From an uncultured Gemmatimonadales bacterium (GTDB lineage Bacteria > Gemmatimonadota > Gemmatimonadetes > Gemmatimonadales > Gemmatimonadaceae), in the NCBI GenBank assembly GCA_963793305.1, contig CAWBZV010000005.1, forward strand, positions 544,001 to 608,000: a DNA stretch of 64,000 nucleotides, written 5' to 3'. The position numbers were made by a program, and so were the translations under genes. The notes under the pieces are model-generated. The model did not search any database. It had not been told where the DNA came from and was given only the letters and a program-made list of their open reading frames with translations. Each line of letters opens with the position of its first letter. Position 1 is the first letter of the stretch. Positions 1 to 9,638 of the stretch are shown here, piece by piece.

Positions 1-71
1 TCTCGCATGGCTCTTCGCGCAACGGCGGCAGAAGTGAGTGCGTGAATTGGACGTGCGGTACGTTCGCCGCA

Positions 72-1248
72 TTAGTCTGGTGTCGGCCCGACATAGGATT
101 CGGCGAGGCTCGTGAGCGCCGCCTCGGATCGAGTCACGTAGTCGAGCTCCGCGAGCTGCCGGCGATAGTCGAACGCATTGCCGTCTGGGTTGCGGTGTAG
201 CATCGCCGTCATCCAGTATGCGAAGCGCTGCGCCGCCCAGACGCGCGCCAGGCAGGTGTCCGAGTAGGCGTCGAGCAAGTCCTCACGGCCGCGGCGATAG
301 TAGGCCGCCAATGCTCGCGCGAGCGTACGGAACGTCGGCGAGCGCGAGATTCAAGCCCTTTGCTCCAGTCGGAGGCACGATGTGCGCTGCGTCGCCGGCC
401 AAGAAGAGGTGATTGAAGCGCATCGGCTCTATCACGAAGCTGCGCATTCCCGTAATGCCCTTCTGGAGAATCTCACCGTGGTTCGGGCGCCATCCGTCGG
501 CACACGCGAACCGTGTGTCGAGCTCCTCCCAGATCCGCTCATCGGTCCATGGGGCGAGCGGCTCGTCGGCGTCGCATTGGAGGTAGAGGCGGGTCACGGT
601 CGAGGAGCGCATGCTGAAAAGGGCGAACCCGCGCTCGTGCAATGCATAGACGAGCTCACTGGAGCTCGGCGCGGCCTGGGCGAGGATGCCGAGCCAGCCG
701 AAAGGGTAGGTGCGGTCGTAGGCGACGTAGGCTGCCGGGGGCACCGATGCGCGTGAGATGCCATGGAATCCGTCGCATCCGGCGAGGAAATCGCAGGTGA
801 TGTTTTGTTCTTCGCCCGCGATCCGGCAGCGGATCCGGGGGGTCGGTGTGTCGAGGGCGGCGATGGAGACGGATTCGACCTCGAAGTACAACGGACGCCC
901 GGTGGCGCGGCGGGACGCGATGAGATCTTTGACGACCTCGTTCTGTCCGTAGATCGTGATGGACCGTCCGTTGGTCAGCGCTTCGAAATCAACGTGGTGT
1001 CGGCGCCCGCCAAAGCAGAGCCACATGCCGCTGTGTCGCATGCCCTCGCGCAGTAGCCGTTCGCCGACGCCGGCGGCCTCCAGGAGGCGGACGGACCCGT
1101 GCTCCAGGACACCGGCCCGAACCCGATCGACCACGTAATCGCTCGATTTGTTCTCGACGATGACCGAGTCGATCCCTTCCAGGTGGAGGAGGTGGCCGAG
1201 CATGAGGCCGGCCGGTCCCGCGCCAATGATCCCGACTTGTGTTCGCAC
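72..1248 (-). CDS. pobA: 4-hydroxybenzoate 3-monooxygenase (apparent frameshift at ~331)
   Basis: N-terminal MRTQVGIIGAGPAGL, RVRAGVLE, DG motif (GCDGFHG) and GDAAHIVPPTGAKGLN. The C-terminus continues in ORF 72..311. Removing one base at GAACGTC (330-336) restores LADVRTLARALAAY. Confidence 0.93.
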
Positions 1249-1303
1249 GTGGTGACGAGACGGAAGTGTTGATTTCGACCGCTACTGGTGACACGATAAC
1301 GTC

Positions 1304-2011
1304 GTGGCTCCGACAACGTATCCGCGACCCGAGCCGGACGACCAGCCGCCCGTCATGTATCCGCCGTATCGCGCCACGGTGCGCCGGGCGCCGGCCGAGC
1401 CGATGATCCGCATCCCCCATACCTTGTCGGAGTTGACGGGACCGTGGTATGGCGACTTACCGCTGGGCGAGACCGACAACGATCTTACGCGACAGCACAC
1501 GGGCGAACCACTCGGCGAGCGGATCATCGTCACGGGACGGGTCCTCGATGAGGATGGCCGGCCGATCCCACGGGCGCTGGTGGAGGTGTGGCAGTGCAAT
1601 GCGGGGGGCCGGTATCGGCACGGGCGCGACAACCATCCTGCCCCCCTGGATCCGAACTTCACGGGGGCTGGTCGAACGATCACCGACGATCAAGGGCGCT
1701 ATCGGTTCGTGACGATCAAGCCCGGCGCGTACCCGTGGCAGAATCACGCCAACGCGTGGCGCCCGGCGCACATTCATTTCTCGCTCTTCGGCTCCTGCTT
1801 CATCACGCGGATGGTCACCCAGATGTATTTCCCGGGTGACCCGCTGCTCGCTGGCGATCCGATCTATCAGTCCGTGGGGACCGAGCGTGGGCGGCGACGA
1901 CTCGTCGCGACGTACGACCCGGCGCTGTCCGAGCCGGAATGGGCGCTCGGCTACCAGTTCGATTTTGTGTTGCGCGGACGCAATGCAACGCCGTTCGAGG
2001 GGACGCCGTGA
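1304..2011 (+). CDS. pcaH: protocatechuate 3,4-dioxygenase beta subunit
   Basis: Intradiol dioxygenase motifs WQCNAGGRYRH, IKPGAYPW and WRPAHIHFS. Confidence 0.95.
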   Translation: MAPTTYPRPEPDDQPPVMYPPYRATVRRAPAEPMIRIPHTLSELTGPWYGDLPLGETDNDLTRQHTGEPLGERIIVTGRVLDEDGRPIPRALVEVWQCNAGGRYRHGRDNHPAPLDPNFTGAGRTITDDQGRYRFVTIKPGAYPWQNHANAWRPAHIHFSLFGSCFITRMVTQMYFPGDPLLAGDPIYQSVGTERGRRRLVATYDPALSEPEWALGYQFDFVLRGRNATPFEGTP

Positions 2012-2577
2012 CGGACTGCGTGCCGTCGCAGACTGTTGGCCCATTCTTTCACCTGGGGCTCTGCGCCGATGAACGGTGGGGTCGCATCGCGAGTCCGGGC
2101 GCTGCTGGCGACCACGTGCAGCTGCGGATCGCGGTCCTGGACGGTGACGGGGCGCCGGTAACGGATGCGCTGATCGAACTGTGGCAGGCCGATGCGAAAG
2201 GACGGTACCATCATCCGCGCGACCCAGGCGCGTCCAGTGTCGATCCGGCGTTCGGGGGGTTCGGGCGATTGCCCACCGACGCCGAGGGTGAGTGCGTCTT
2301 CGAGACCATACGGCCTGGGGGCGTGAGTGACGCTCGGGGCGGTCGGCAGGCCTCGCACGTGAACGTCTCGGTGTTCGCGCGTGGTCTTCTCCGACGGCTC
2401 GTCACGCGGGTGTATTTTGCTGACGATCCTGGTCTCGACACGGACGCCGTCCTGTTGCTCGTTCCGGCGAGCCGTCGACGCACGTTGATCGCGACCCCCG
2501 TTGCTGGACCGCTTGGCGGATGGCGTCACGTGATCCGGTTGCAAGGCGAGGGCGAAACCGTGTTCTTCGACCTGTAG
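2008..2577 (+). CDS. pcaG: protocatechuate 3,4-dioxygenase alpha subunit
   Basis: PSQTVGPFFH, WQADAKG and C-terminal IRLQGEGETVFFDL. GTG start overlaps the pcaH stop (GTGA). Confidence 0.95.
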   Translation: MTDCVPSQTVGPFFHLGLCADERWGRIASPGAAGDHVQLRIAVLDGDGAPVTDALIELWQADAKGRYHHPRDPGASSVDPAFGGFGRLPTDAEGECVFETIRPGGVSDARGGRQASHVNVSVFARGLLRRLVTRVYFADDPGLDTDAVLLLVPASRRRTLIATPVAGPLGGWRHVIRLQGEGETVFFDL

Positions 2578-2585
2578 GCGTGGGC

Positions 2586-3725
2586 ATGCCCGTTCGCTTG
2601 ATCGAGTGTCTGGTGTCGACCGATGAGATGGCGGACCTCTTCTCGGATCGCGCGGTCCTCGAAGCCATGCTGCGCTTCGAGGTGGGGCTGGCGCGGGCCC
2701 AAGCCCGATTGGGTCTCATCCCCGCTCGCGCGGCGGAGTCGATTGCTCGGGCGGCGGACCCGGACCAGTTCGACACCGCGGTGTTGGCGCGGGACGCGCG
2801 GCGATCGGCGACGCCGGTCGTTCCGCTCGTGGATGCACTGACCGAGCGGGTTCGGGCGATCGAGCCGACGGACGCGGCGTTCGTGCACTTGGGAACGACG
2901 AGTCAGGATGTGGCCGACACCGCGCTCGTGCTGATGCTACGGCGCGCAGAGGGTGTGCTCACTGGCGATCACGAGCGGCTCACGCGTGCGCTGCGCGAGC
3001 TGTCCGGGCGCCACGCGGCGACGGTCATGGTTGCTCGGACGCTCCTGCAGCCGGCGCAGGCAACGACATTCGGGTATAAGGTCGCGCTTTCCCTGGCGTC
3101 GATTCAGCGGAGCTGGCGCGACCTGCGTGGTGCGCTCGCCGGTGCGATCCAACTCCAGTTCGGCGGGGCAGCGGGCACGCTCGCAGCGTACGCGGACGCC
3201 CACGCGCTCGCAGCCGAACTCGGTCGGGAGCTCGAGCTCCCGGTACCATTGGCGCCATGGCATACGCATCGCGACCGACTCGCGAGCGCAGTCGCCAGCT
3301 TGGGCATCTACGGCGCGAGCCTGGCGAAGCTGGCGCGCGATCTGACGCTCCTCATGCAAGTCGAGGTGGGCGAGGTGTCGGAGCCGGGCGGACGGTCGTC
3401 ATCCATGCCGCACAAGCGGAACCCGGCGGGGTCGGTCGTGGCACTCGCTTCCTTCGCGAGAATTCCGGGGCTCGTCGGCACATACTTGAGTCTCATGGTC
3501 CAGGAGCACGAGCGCGCGGCAGGTCACTGGCAGGCGGAGTGGCGGACGGTTGCCGACGTCGTGACGGGCACGGCGAGCGCGTTGGCGGCGGTCGCCGACG
3601 CCGTCGAACATCTCGAGGTGCGGCAGGATCGCATGCGGGCCAACGTGGAGTCCACGGTGCACGATGCGAATGTGGGCGCGGCCGAGGCATTGCGCCGGCG
3701 ACTGCTCGACGAGGCGGCGGAGTAA
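2586..3725 (+). CDS. pcaB: 3-carboxy-cis,cis-muconate cycloisomerase
   Basis: Fumarase/aspartase superfamily signature SSSMPHKRNP, HLGTTSQD and QEHERAAG; pca gene context. Confidence 0.9.
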   Translation: MPVRLIECLVSTDEMADLFSDRAVLEAMLRFEVGLARAQARLGLIPARAAESIARAADPDQFDTAVLARDARRSATPVVPLVDALTERVRAIEPTDAAFVHLGTTSQDVADTALVLMLRRAEGVLTGDHERLTRALRELSGRHAATVMVARTLLQPAQATTFGYKVALSLASIQRSWRDLRGALAGAIQLQFGGAAGTLAAYADAHALAAELGRELELPVPLAPWHTHRDRLASAVASLGIYGASLAKLARDLTLLMQVEVGEVSEPGGRSSSMPHKRNPAGSVVALASFARIPGLVGTYLSLMVQEHERAAGHWQAEWRTVADVVTGTASALAAVADAVEHLEVRQDRMRANVESTVHDANVGAAEALRRRLLDEAAE

Positions 3726-3729
3726 CGCC

Positions 3730-4880
3730 GTGCCGTTCGCGACCGTTGGGGGACTTCGGCACTACTATAGAATCGACGGCGCCGACGACCGACCGACACT
3801 CGTTCTGGCGCACGCGCTGGGGTGCGATCACACCCTGTGGGAGGCCCAGGCGACCGCGTTGGCGGCGCGCTTTCGGGTGGTTCGTTACGACGTGCGCGGG
3901 CACGGCGCGACGGAGGCGACCACTGGCGACTATAGCATTGAGATGCTCGCGCGGGACGCGTTGGGGCTGGCCGACGAGTTGGGCATTCGAGCGATTCGCG
4001 TTCTGCGGGCTGTCGCTCGGGGGCATGATCGGTCAGTGGTTGGCGGCGCGGGCGCCAGAACGCGTGACGGCCCTCATCCTGGCCAACACCACGGCGCGCC
4101 TGATCGATCCCAGCGTCATGGACGATCGGCGCCGGACGGTCCTGGAGCAGGGGATCGCCGCGGTCGCCGACGAGGTGCTGTCGCGGTTCTTCATGCCTCA
4201 GACGTTGAGATCGTCTTCCGCCGTGGTGGCGAATGTGCACCGAGTGCTTGGCGCGACGAACCCGGTAGGGTATGGCGGTTGCTGCGCGGCGATCCGGGAC
4301 ATGGATCAGACCGAGATGGTGAGCGGGATTCGGGTGCCGACGCTCATCATCGTCGGTGACCACGACACCTCAGCGCCGTGGCTGGGGCACCGTGACGTGC
4401 TCGCGTCGCGCATACCGGATGCGCGGGTGGTGCGGCTTCCGGCCGCCCACTTGTCCAACCTCGAGCGGCCGCGGTCGTTCACCGCGGCGCTGTGGCGGTT
4501 TCTGGTGCCGGAGTCGGAAGATGCGCTCGAAGCCGGCGCGGCGAAGCGACGCGAGATCTTGGGCGACGCGCATGTGGACCGGGCCGATGCGGCGACGACG
4601 GATTTCACGCGGGCGTTCCAGCAACTCATCACGCGGTACGCGTGGGGCACGATCTGGCAACGGCCTGATCTCGATGATCGCACGCGCCGCGTGCTCGTGT
4701 TGGTGATCACGGCTGCGCTCGGGCGCTGGGAGGAGTTTCGGATGCACGTGCGCGCTGGGCTGGCGCACGGGCTGGAGCCGTGCGACGTCGAGGAGGCGCT
4801 GCTCCAGGTGGCGGTCTACGCCGGTCTACCGGCGGCAAACACGGGATTTCAGATCGCTTCAGAACGAGATGCACGCGTAG
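3730..4880 (+). CDS. pcaL: 3-oxoadipate enol-lactonase / 4-carboxymuconolactone decarboxylase fusion (PcaD-PcaC; apparent frameshifts at ~3987 and ~4863)
   Basis: YDVRGHG, GLSLGG nucleophile and AAHLSN, followed by a CMD domain (FQQLITRYAWGTIWQRP, YAGLPAAN). Removing one base at each site gives GIERF and SDEMHA-stop (TAG 4878-4880). Confidence 0.88.
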
Positions 4881-4901
4881 CACGCGACGTGGCGAGTGTT
4901 G

Positions 4902-5171
4902 TTACTTCCGGGAACTCGTCCGACTCTCGGGCAGTAGGCTGGATTCGAACAAGGCGACCGAGCCATCGGGCAAGGTGGTGACGACGCGCGGCAAATACGG
5001 CGGATCATCGGTGATCCAGATCTTGGTGTGCACGGGTGCATCATCGGCATTCTCTACGATCCACGCAGGCGATGGGCCGTTCTCACGACCCGTGATCCGG
5101 TATATCTCCCACTGCGTGACCTGGTGGCCCGGCGTGAAGGAGAATGTCGGCACACGCCATGACTGGCCCGG
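4902..5171 (-). pseudogene. 3' fragment of a hypothetical protein, 5' part missing
   Basis: Protein-like sequence PGQSWRVPTFSF...TKIWITDDPPYLPRVVTT is fused in frame to an inverted kinase fragment. No own start is visible. Confidence 0.5.
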
Positions 5172-5688
5172 CTGCGCGATCATCGCCACTTCCTCCGCGA
5201 GTGGACGCTCCCGGCCGGGTGTGTCCAGCGTCTGGCGCAGCAGATCGGCAAATCCGGTGACCAACTCGCGCGCCCGCCGCGGATCCTCCAGAATGACCGC
5301 CCGGATCGAACCAAGGTACCTGGCGCTCGAGTGCGAGCGGTTCGGCGACGCGATCGATGTCGCGATCGAGATCGACGAGGAGGCGGGTCGGCGACTCGTA
5401 CCGGTGTTCGTGCTGTGTCCATTGGTGGAAAACGCCGTTACTCACGGCCGGCATACGAGTCCGCCACCGCTCCGCGTGCGCCTGCGGGCCCAGGCGAGTC
5501 CGGAGCGACTGCGTGTGGAGATTGCGAACACGGGCCGTCTGGACGTCGGTGATGGGCATCGGCCTACGGGGGTGGCCAGCGTTCGCGACCGGCTGGCGCT
5601 CGTGTACCGGGACCGCCAACGGTTTTCGCTCGGCGAGGCGGAGGGTTGGGTGCGCGCTACCATAGAGATCGACACCCCGCGCCGATGA
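5172..5688 (+). pseudogene. LytS/YehU-type sensor histidine kinase remnant; 5172-5316 inverted, N-terminus and H-box missing
   Basis: Plus strand from 5317 reads YLALECERFGD...PLVENAVTHG...EIANTG...TGVASVRDRL. Minus strand 5316-5172 reads LGSIRAVILEDPRRARELVTGFADLLRQTL...PLAEEVAMIAQ, the segment expected directly upstream. Confidence 0.85.
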
Positions 5689-6383
5689 CCCTGCGCGCGC
5701 TGGTGATCGATGATGAGCGGCACGCTCGGGCCGATCTCCGCACGTTGTTGGCGGCCCATCCGTCCGTGGAGGTGGTCGCCGAGGCGGAGGACTTCGATGT
5801 GGCGCGGTCGACCCTGGCGGTCTGTCGGCCGGACCTCGTGTTCCTCGACATCGCGCTCGGGCAGCGATCCGGGTTTGATCTCCTGGACGCGATCGACGGC
5901 CGTTGTCGCGTCATCTTCGTCACCGCGTACGATCGGTATGCCGTGCGGGCGTTCGAGGTGCGCGCGCTCGATTACTTGCTCAAGCCCGTTCATCCCGATC
6001 GATTGGCGGCTGCGTTGGCGCGCGTGGAGTACCACGAACCGGTGCTGTTCTTCAAGTCGGGTGACTCGGGGGCATTCGTGCGAGCGAGCGAGATCGCGTG
6101 CGTGCTGGCGGAAGGCGATTACTCGCGCGTCGTGACCACGAGCGGGAGAGAGCACGTCCTGCTTCGCTCGTTGTCGAACTGGGAGCGACGTTTGTCGGGT
6201 GGGGGCTTCGCGCGCATCCACCGGTCCGCGATTGCGAATTTGAAGGCGGTGTCGAGAGTTTCGCGCGGACGCGATGGGCGGTGGCGTTTGTACGTTACTC
6301 CGCTCGAGCGACCTCTCATTGTGAGCCGGCGCGTCGCCAACCGGATGTCTCTTCTCAGGGTTCCAACATCAGGCGGAACGTGA
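5685..6383 (+). CDS. LytTR-family response regulator
   Basis: Receiver domain (IDDERHAR, DLVFLDI, FVTAYD, DYLLKP) plus LytTR FARIHRSAIANL. Start overlaps the kinase stop (ATGA). Confidence 0.92.
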   Translation: MTLRALVIDDERHARADLRTLLAAHPSVEVVAEAEDFDVARSTLAVCRPDLVFLDIALGQRSGFDLLDAIDGRCRVIFVTAYDRYAVRAFEVRALDYLLKPVHPDRLAAALARVEYHEPVLFFKSGDSGAFVRASEIACVLAEGDYSRVVTTSGREHVLLRSLSNWERRLSGGGFARIHRSAIANLKAVSRVSRGRDGRWRLYVTPLERPLIVSRRVANRMSLLRVPTSGGT

Positions 6384-7251
6384 ACGGCTTCCAGCGCCCG
6401 TTGCGAACCGCAATGGCAATCAGTATGAGAGCGGCGGTGAAGCACACCGCAACGGCGACGAGTGAGGCTTCGGGCCCAAAGGCCCCTCCGGTCAGCAGGA
6501 CGTTCCCCGACAGCGGAACCTTGAAGATGCCGTGAAAGGCTTTCCCGGAGACGATCGCCCCGAACACGCCGCCTTCCGTAAAGTTCCAGGCGAAATGCAG
6601 ACCTATGGGAAACCAGAGATTGCGGCTGACCATGTAGGCCGCGGCGAGCAATACCCCCGCCTCGAGCGCGATGGCGATCGTGCTCACCGCGGTGGCGCCT
6701 GGATTTCCAATGTGGTAGTACGCGAAGAGCGCAGCGGAGAGGATGATCGCCCCCAGGGTGCCGACGCTCTCCTCGAGTATGCGAAAGAAGCCGCCGCGGT
6801 ACGCCAACTCCTCGCCGATGCCGGAGATGATCGCAATGATCAGCATGATCAGGGCGCCGCCAAATCCCGCTCGGCCTTCCCAATGCGCGACGCCGAGGAG
6901 GAACAGTACGCTGTAGATGAGGCAGAAGAGCACAACACCGAGCAGTGCCCCCAATGCGGCGAGGCGTCCGCCCCCTCCCCGAAACCTCAGCTCAGTCGCC
7001 GGGCGACGTTCGAATAACCGCACGAGCAGCACGTATGCGCCGAGCATGACGAGGCTGAAGAAGGCCGTCGCGACGAGCATAGCCGGTGGCAGGAAGGCGT
7101 CCGGCAGCTTGTTCGAGATCCACTCGAGCGGATACTGCACGCCCTGGTACACCGCGTGAAGCACGACGAAGAAGACGAGGAGCCGGATGATGGCAACGCG
7201 TGAGAGCGTGTGCCACCAACCCGCCTTGGCCAACACAACCTCTGTCGTCAG
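6355..7251 (-). CDS. CPBP (Abi/CAAX type II) intramembrane metalloprotease
   Basis: EELAYRG, FAYYH and IGLHFAWN motifs; hydrophobic helices. Start uncertain. Confidence 0.88.
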   Translation of the reverse strand: MTTEVVLAKAGWWHTLSRVAIIRLLVFFVVLHAVYQGVQYPLEWISNKLPDAFLPPAMLVATAFFSLVMLGAYVLLVRLFERRPATELRFRGGGGRLAALGALLGVVLFCLIYSVLFLLGVAHWEGRAGFGGALIMLIIAIISGIGEELAYRGGFFRILEESVGTLGAIILSAALFAYYHIGNPGATAVSTIAIALEAGVLLAAAYMVSRNLWFPIGLHFAWNFTEGGVFGAIVSGKAFHGIFKVPLSGNVLLTGGAFGPEASLVAVAVCFTAALILIAIAVRNGRWKPFTFRLMLEP

Positions 7252-7281
7252 ACGAGAGCGATAGCTTGCGGCGTGCAAGAA

Positions 7282-7299
7282 TGCTTGCACGAAAGCAAC
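7282..7299 (-). promoter_or_regulatory. 18-bp motif copy GTTGCTTTCGTGCAAGCA
   Basis: Degenerate match to the window-wide consensus, pointing into the CPBP gene. Confidence 0.55.
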
Positions 7300-7329
7300 A
7301 TCCACGGCGCCCGACGCGTCCGTCGGGTT

Positions 7330-8973
7330 TCAGGGTGCGTTGGAACGGTAGTCTGCAAGAAGAATGAGGCCATCCGCAAGCGTCTCCCGCCAGCTCACGT
7401 AGTCGTGGCCCCCGATGAACTCCTGGTAGAAGACCTTATAGCCCTTGGCGCGCAGTACATCCCGGAGGTGGCGGTTCGGTACGAGGATCGAGCCGCCCTT
7501 GCCGGTCACGTCGAGCTCCATCGACCCTGCGTCGAGGTAGAACCGGATCGGCAGCTTGGGGCTCGTGACGAATAGCCGCGCGACGTAACTCGGGTCAGCA
7601 TCCGGGTCGAATGACCCTGGCTTCGAAGGGTCTTGCGGTGGTATCCACCAATACGATCCGGATTGGGAGAGCACGTTGCCGAACGTCTCCGGATGCCGGA
7701 ACGCGGCGTACGTTGCGGCCAAGCCCCCGTAACTCGATCCGCCAATCGTCACCCAGCGCGGATTCGTCGTGACGTGGTAATGCTGCCGCACCCACGGTAC
7801 GAGCTCGTGGCTCAGGAAGTCCGCGAACGTGGGGTTGCACGGCAGTTCGGTCGCGCGGGCGACGTTCGAGATCATCACCGCCACGACCGGTGGGATACGT
7901 TTCGCGGCGATCAGATTGTCCAGAATGACGGGAGTCGGGACGACCTGAAGGTAGGTGTCGCCGTCGAACACGAGGAGGAGACCGTACGGCTTCGCGCTCG
8001 TCGAATAGCCCGGTGGCGTGTACACGGTGATCTTGCGCGAGTTCTTCAAGAGCGCGCTCTCGATGCGCGTCGTGTCGAGCTTCCCGGTGGCGACGTCGGA
8101 TCGCTTCTCGATCCATGGCTGCGGCGGAGCGTCCGGCATCTCGAGGATCGACGCGCCGCGATGCAGTGCCGCGTCGGGATCGTGGGGATCCTGGAACATG
8201 GCGCGGGGATTCAACGGGTCGCGCTGGGAGACCGCGGCGATCACGTTCTGAATGGCGGAGTCGCCAAACGTCTGCTTCGTGAAGTGCGGTGGATCTGGTG
8301 CCAGGGTGTAGTACGTGCGCGCGCGGTGGTCGACGCGAAAGGACTTGTACCAGACGTTGGTTCCGGCGATGCGCGTCATGAGGCAGTTCTCCGGGTTGTC
8401 CCGAAGGCATGGGGCGTACACGACGAGCACGCCGCTCGTTTCATCCCCGCCGCGCCAGAGGAATGTCACCAAGGTGTTCTCGATCAGGGGGCTTCCTTGG
8501 GGACCGATCTGTTGCCAGAATGCCGCGGCGTCGGCCGGGGTCTTGATCTGCGCGATGCGTGGACTCTGGTTCGTATCCGGCGGCGGCGTCACGACGGGCG
8601 GTCCGGATATGCCGAGCAGGGTAATGGAATAGGTCGCCGGGACGTTCTTCTCGCGCGCAGAGACGGTGAGCTGCCACGGTCCGGCCTGGGCGGCGAAAAA
8701 TCGCGCCGGCCTGCCTTTGAGGAGCGTCGAGGAAAATGCTCGTTCGAGCATACCGCTTGGGTCAGAGACGGAAAGGATCACGTCCTGGCCTTTATCGGAG
8801 AGCTGCAGCGCGACCAGGTTGCCCGCGCGCAGGTCGAGCGTGTATCGGTCGATCGCGCCTGCCTCAACGACGTGCGTGATCGGCTTGCCGGCCTCGAGCT
8901 GAGGCACGGGGGCGGTCTGCGCATTGAGAAGGGACGACGCGAGAGAGACGAGCAGGCAGTGCACGATGCGCAC
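7330..8973 (-). CDS. enterochelin esterase (Fes)-like hydrolase with signal peptide and extra N-terminal domain
   Basis: VTFLWRG, DPLNP, RKITVYTPPGY, GGSSYGG, VLSQSGSYWW and GGHDY. Confidence 0.85.
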   Translation of the reverse strand: MRIVHCLLVSLASSLLNAQTAPVPQLEAGKPITHVVEAGAIDRYTLDLRAGNLVALQLSDKGQDVILSVSDPSGMLERAFSSTLLKGRPARFFAAQAGPWQLTVSAREKNVPATYSITLLGISGPPVVTPPPDTNQSPRIAQIKTPADAAAFWQQIGPQGSPLIENTLVTFLWRGGDETSGVLVVYAPCLRDNPENCLMTRIAGTNVWYKSFRVDHRARTYYTLAPDPPHFTKQTFGDSAIQNVIAAVSQRDPLNPRAMFQDPHDPDAALHRGASILEMPDAPPQPWIEKRSDVATGKLDTTRIESALLKNSRKITVYTPPGYSTSAKPYGLLLVFDGDTYLQVVPTPVILDNLIAAKRIPPVVAVMISNVARATELPCNPTFADFLSHELVPWVRQHYHVTTNPRWVTIGGSSYGGLAATYAAFRHPETFGNVLSQSGSYWWIPPQDPSKPGSFDPDADPSYVARLFVTSPKLPIRFYLDAGSMELDVTGKGGSILVPNRHLRDVLRAKGYKVFYQEFIGGHDYVSWRETLADGLILLADYRSNAP

Positions 8974-9038
8974 GGATTGCTCCGAAATGAGGTTGAGTCC
9001 GCGGGTGAAGTGAACTTGGACTCGCGGCGTGGCCCACG

Positions 9039-9497
9039 CTACATCACCCTTACGCCTTCGGCCTCGAGCAGTCGCTTGAGGCGTTCGAGGTCTCGGCGGT
9101 TGTCGCGTCGTATCGCTCTTGCCATGAGGGGCGCGATAACTCGAAGCAGCCCGGCCGGGCCTCCTCGATTTCGCAACGTCATTCTTGTCCCGCCGGCGGC
9201 CGTGTCCTCCCACGCATAGGTCGTTTCCATCGGAAACGGCCCGGCTATTCCTCGCATTACCAATCGTTGTCGTGGCGTCAGGTCGAGGACTTCGTACGTG
9301 TAGTTGAGCTTCTGCCCCAGGAAACGCGCGGTGAACGTGATGCGCGAGCCGAGGCGCAACGGACGTGGCGTAAGCCAGTGAGCGGACTTGATGTTCTCAT
9401 ACCACTCCGGCGCATTGTCTGGATTGGCCGCGTACGCGGCGACCACGCTTCGGGCGCAGTCGATCTCGATGTGCGTGACGACGTTGATGTGTGCCAT
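9039..9497 (-). CDS. SRPBCC family protein
   Basis: YAANPDNAPEWYENI, GPFPMETTYAW and DLERLKRLLE. Confidence 0.85.
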   Translation of the reverse strand: MAHINVVTHIEIDCARSVVAAYAANPDNAPEWYENIKSAHWLTPRPLRLGSRITFTARFLGQKLNYTYEVLDLTPRQRLVMRGIAGPFPMETTYAWEDTAAGGTRMTLRNRGGPAGLLRVIAPLMARAIRRDNRRDLERLKRLLEAEGVRVM

Positions 9498-9638
9498 CTG
9501 GGCTGCGCTGGATTGCCCTGAACCAGGGGGAACGAGACGGCGGCGAGCACCGCCGTGACTTCCGCGATCCGCACGCGTGCTGACGCACCCGGCCGCGCGG
9601 GGCGGACGGATCGAGGCCCGTCTGACGCGCCGATGCCC

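Noticed and set aside
1..8. Minus-strand ATG at 8 as the start of a further pca gene
   Set aside because: Fewer than three codons are visible, so it cannot be identified.
4881..4981. C-terminal extension of PcaL to 4981
   Set aside because: Better explained by an extra A at ~4863; the corrected frame stops at 4880 and removes the overlap with the opposite-strand fragment.
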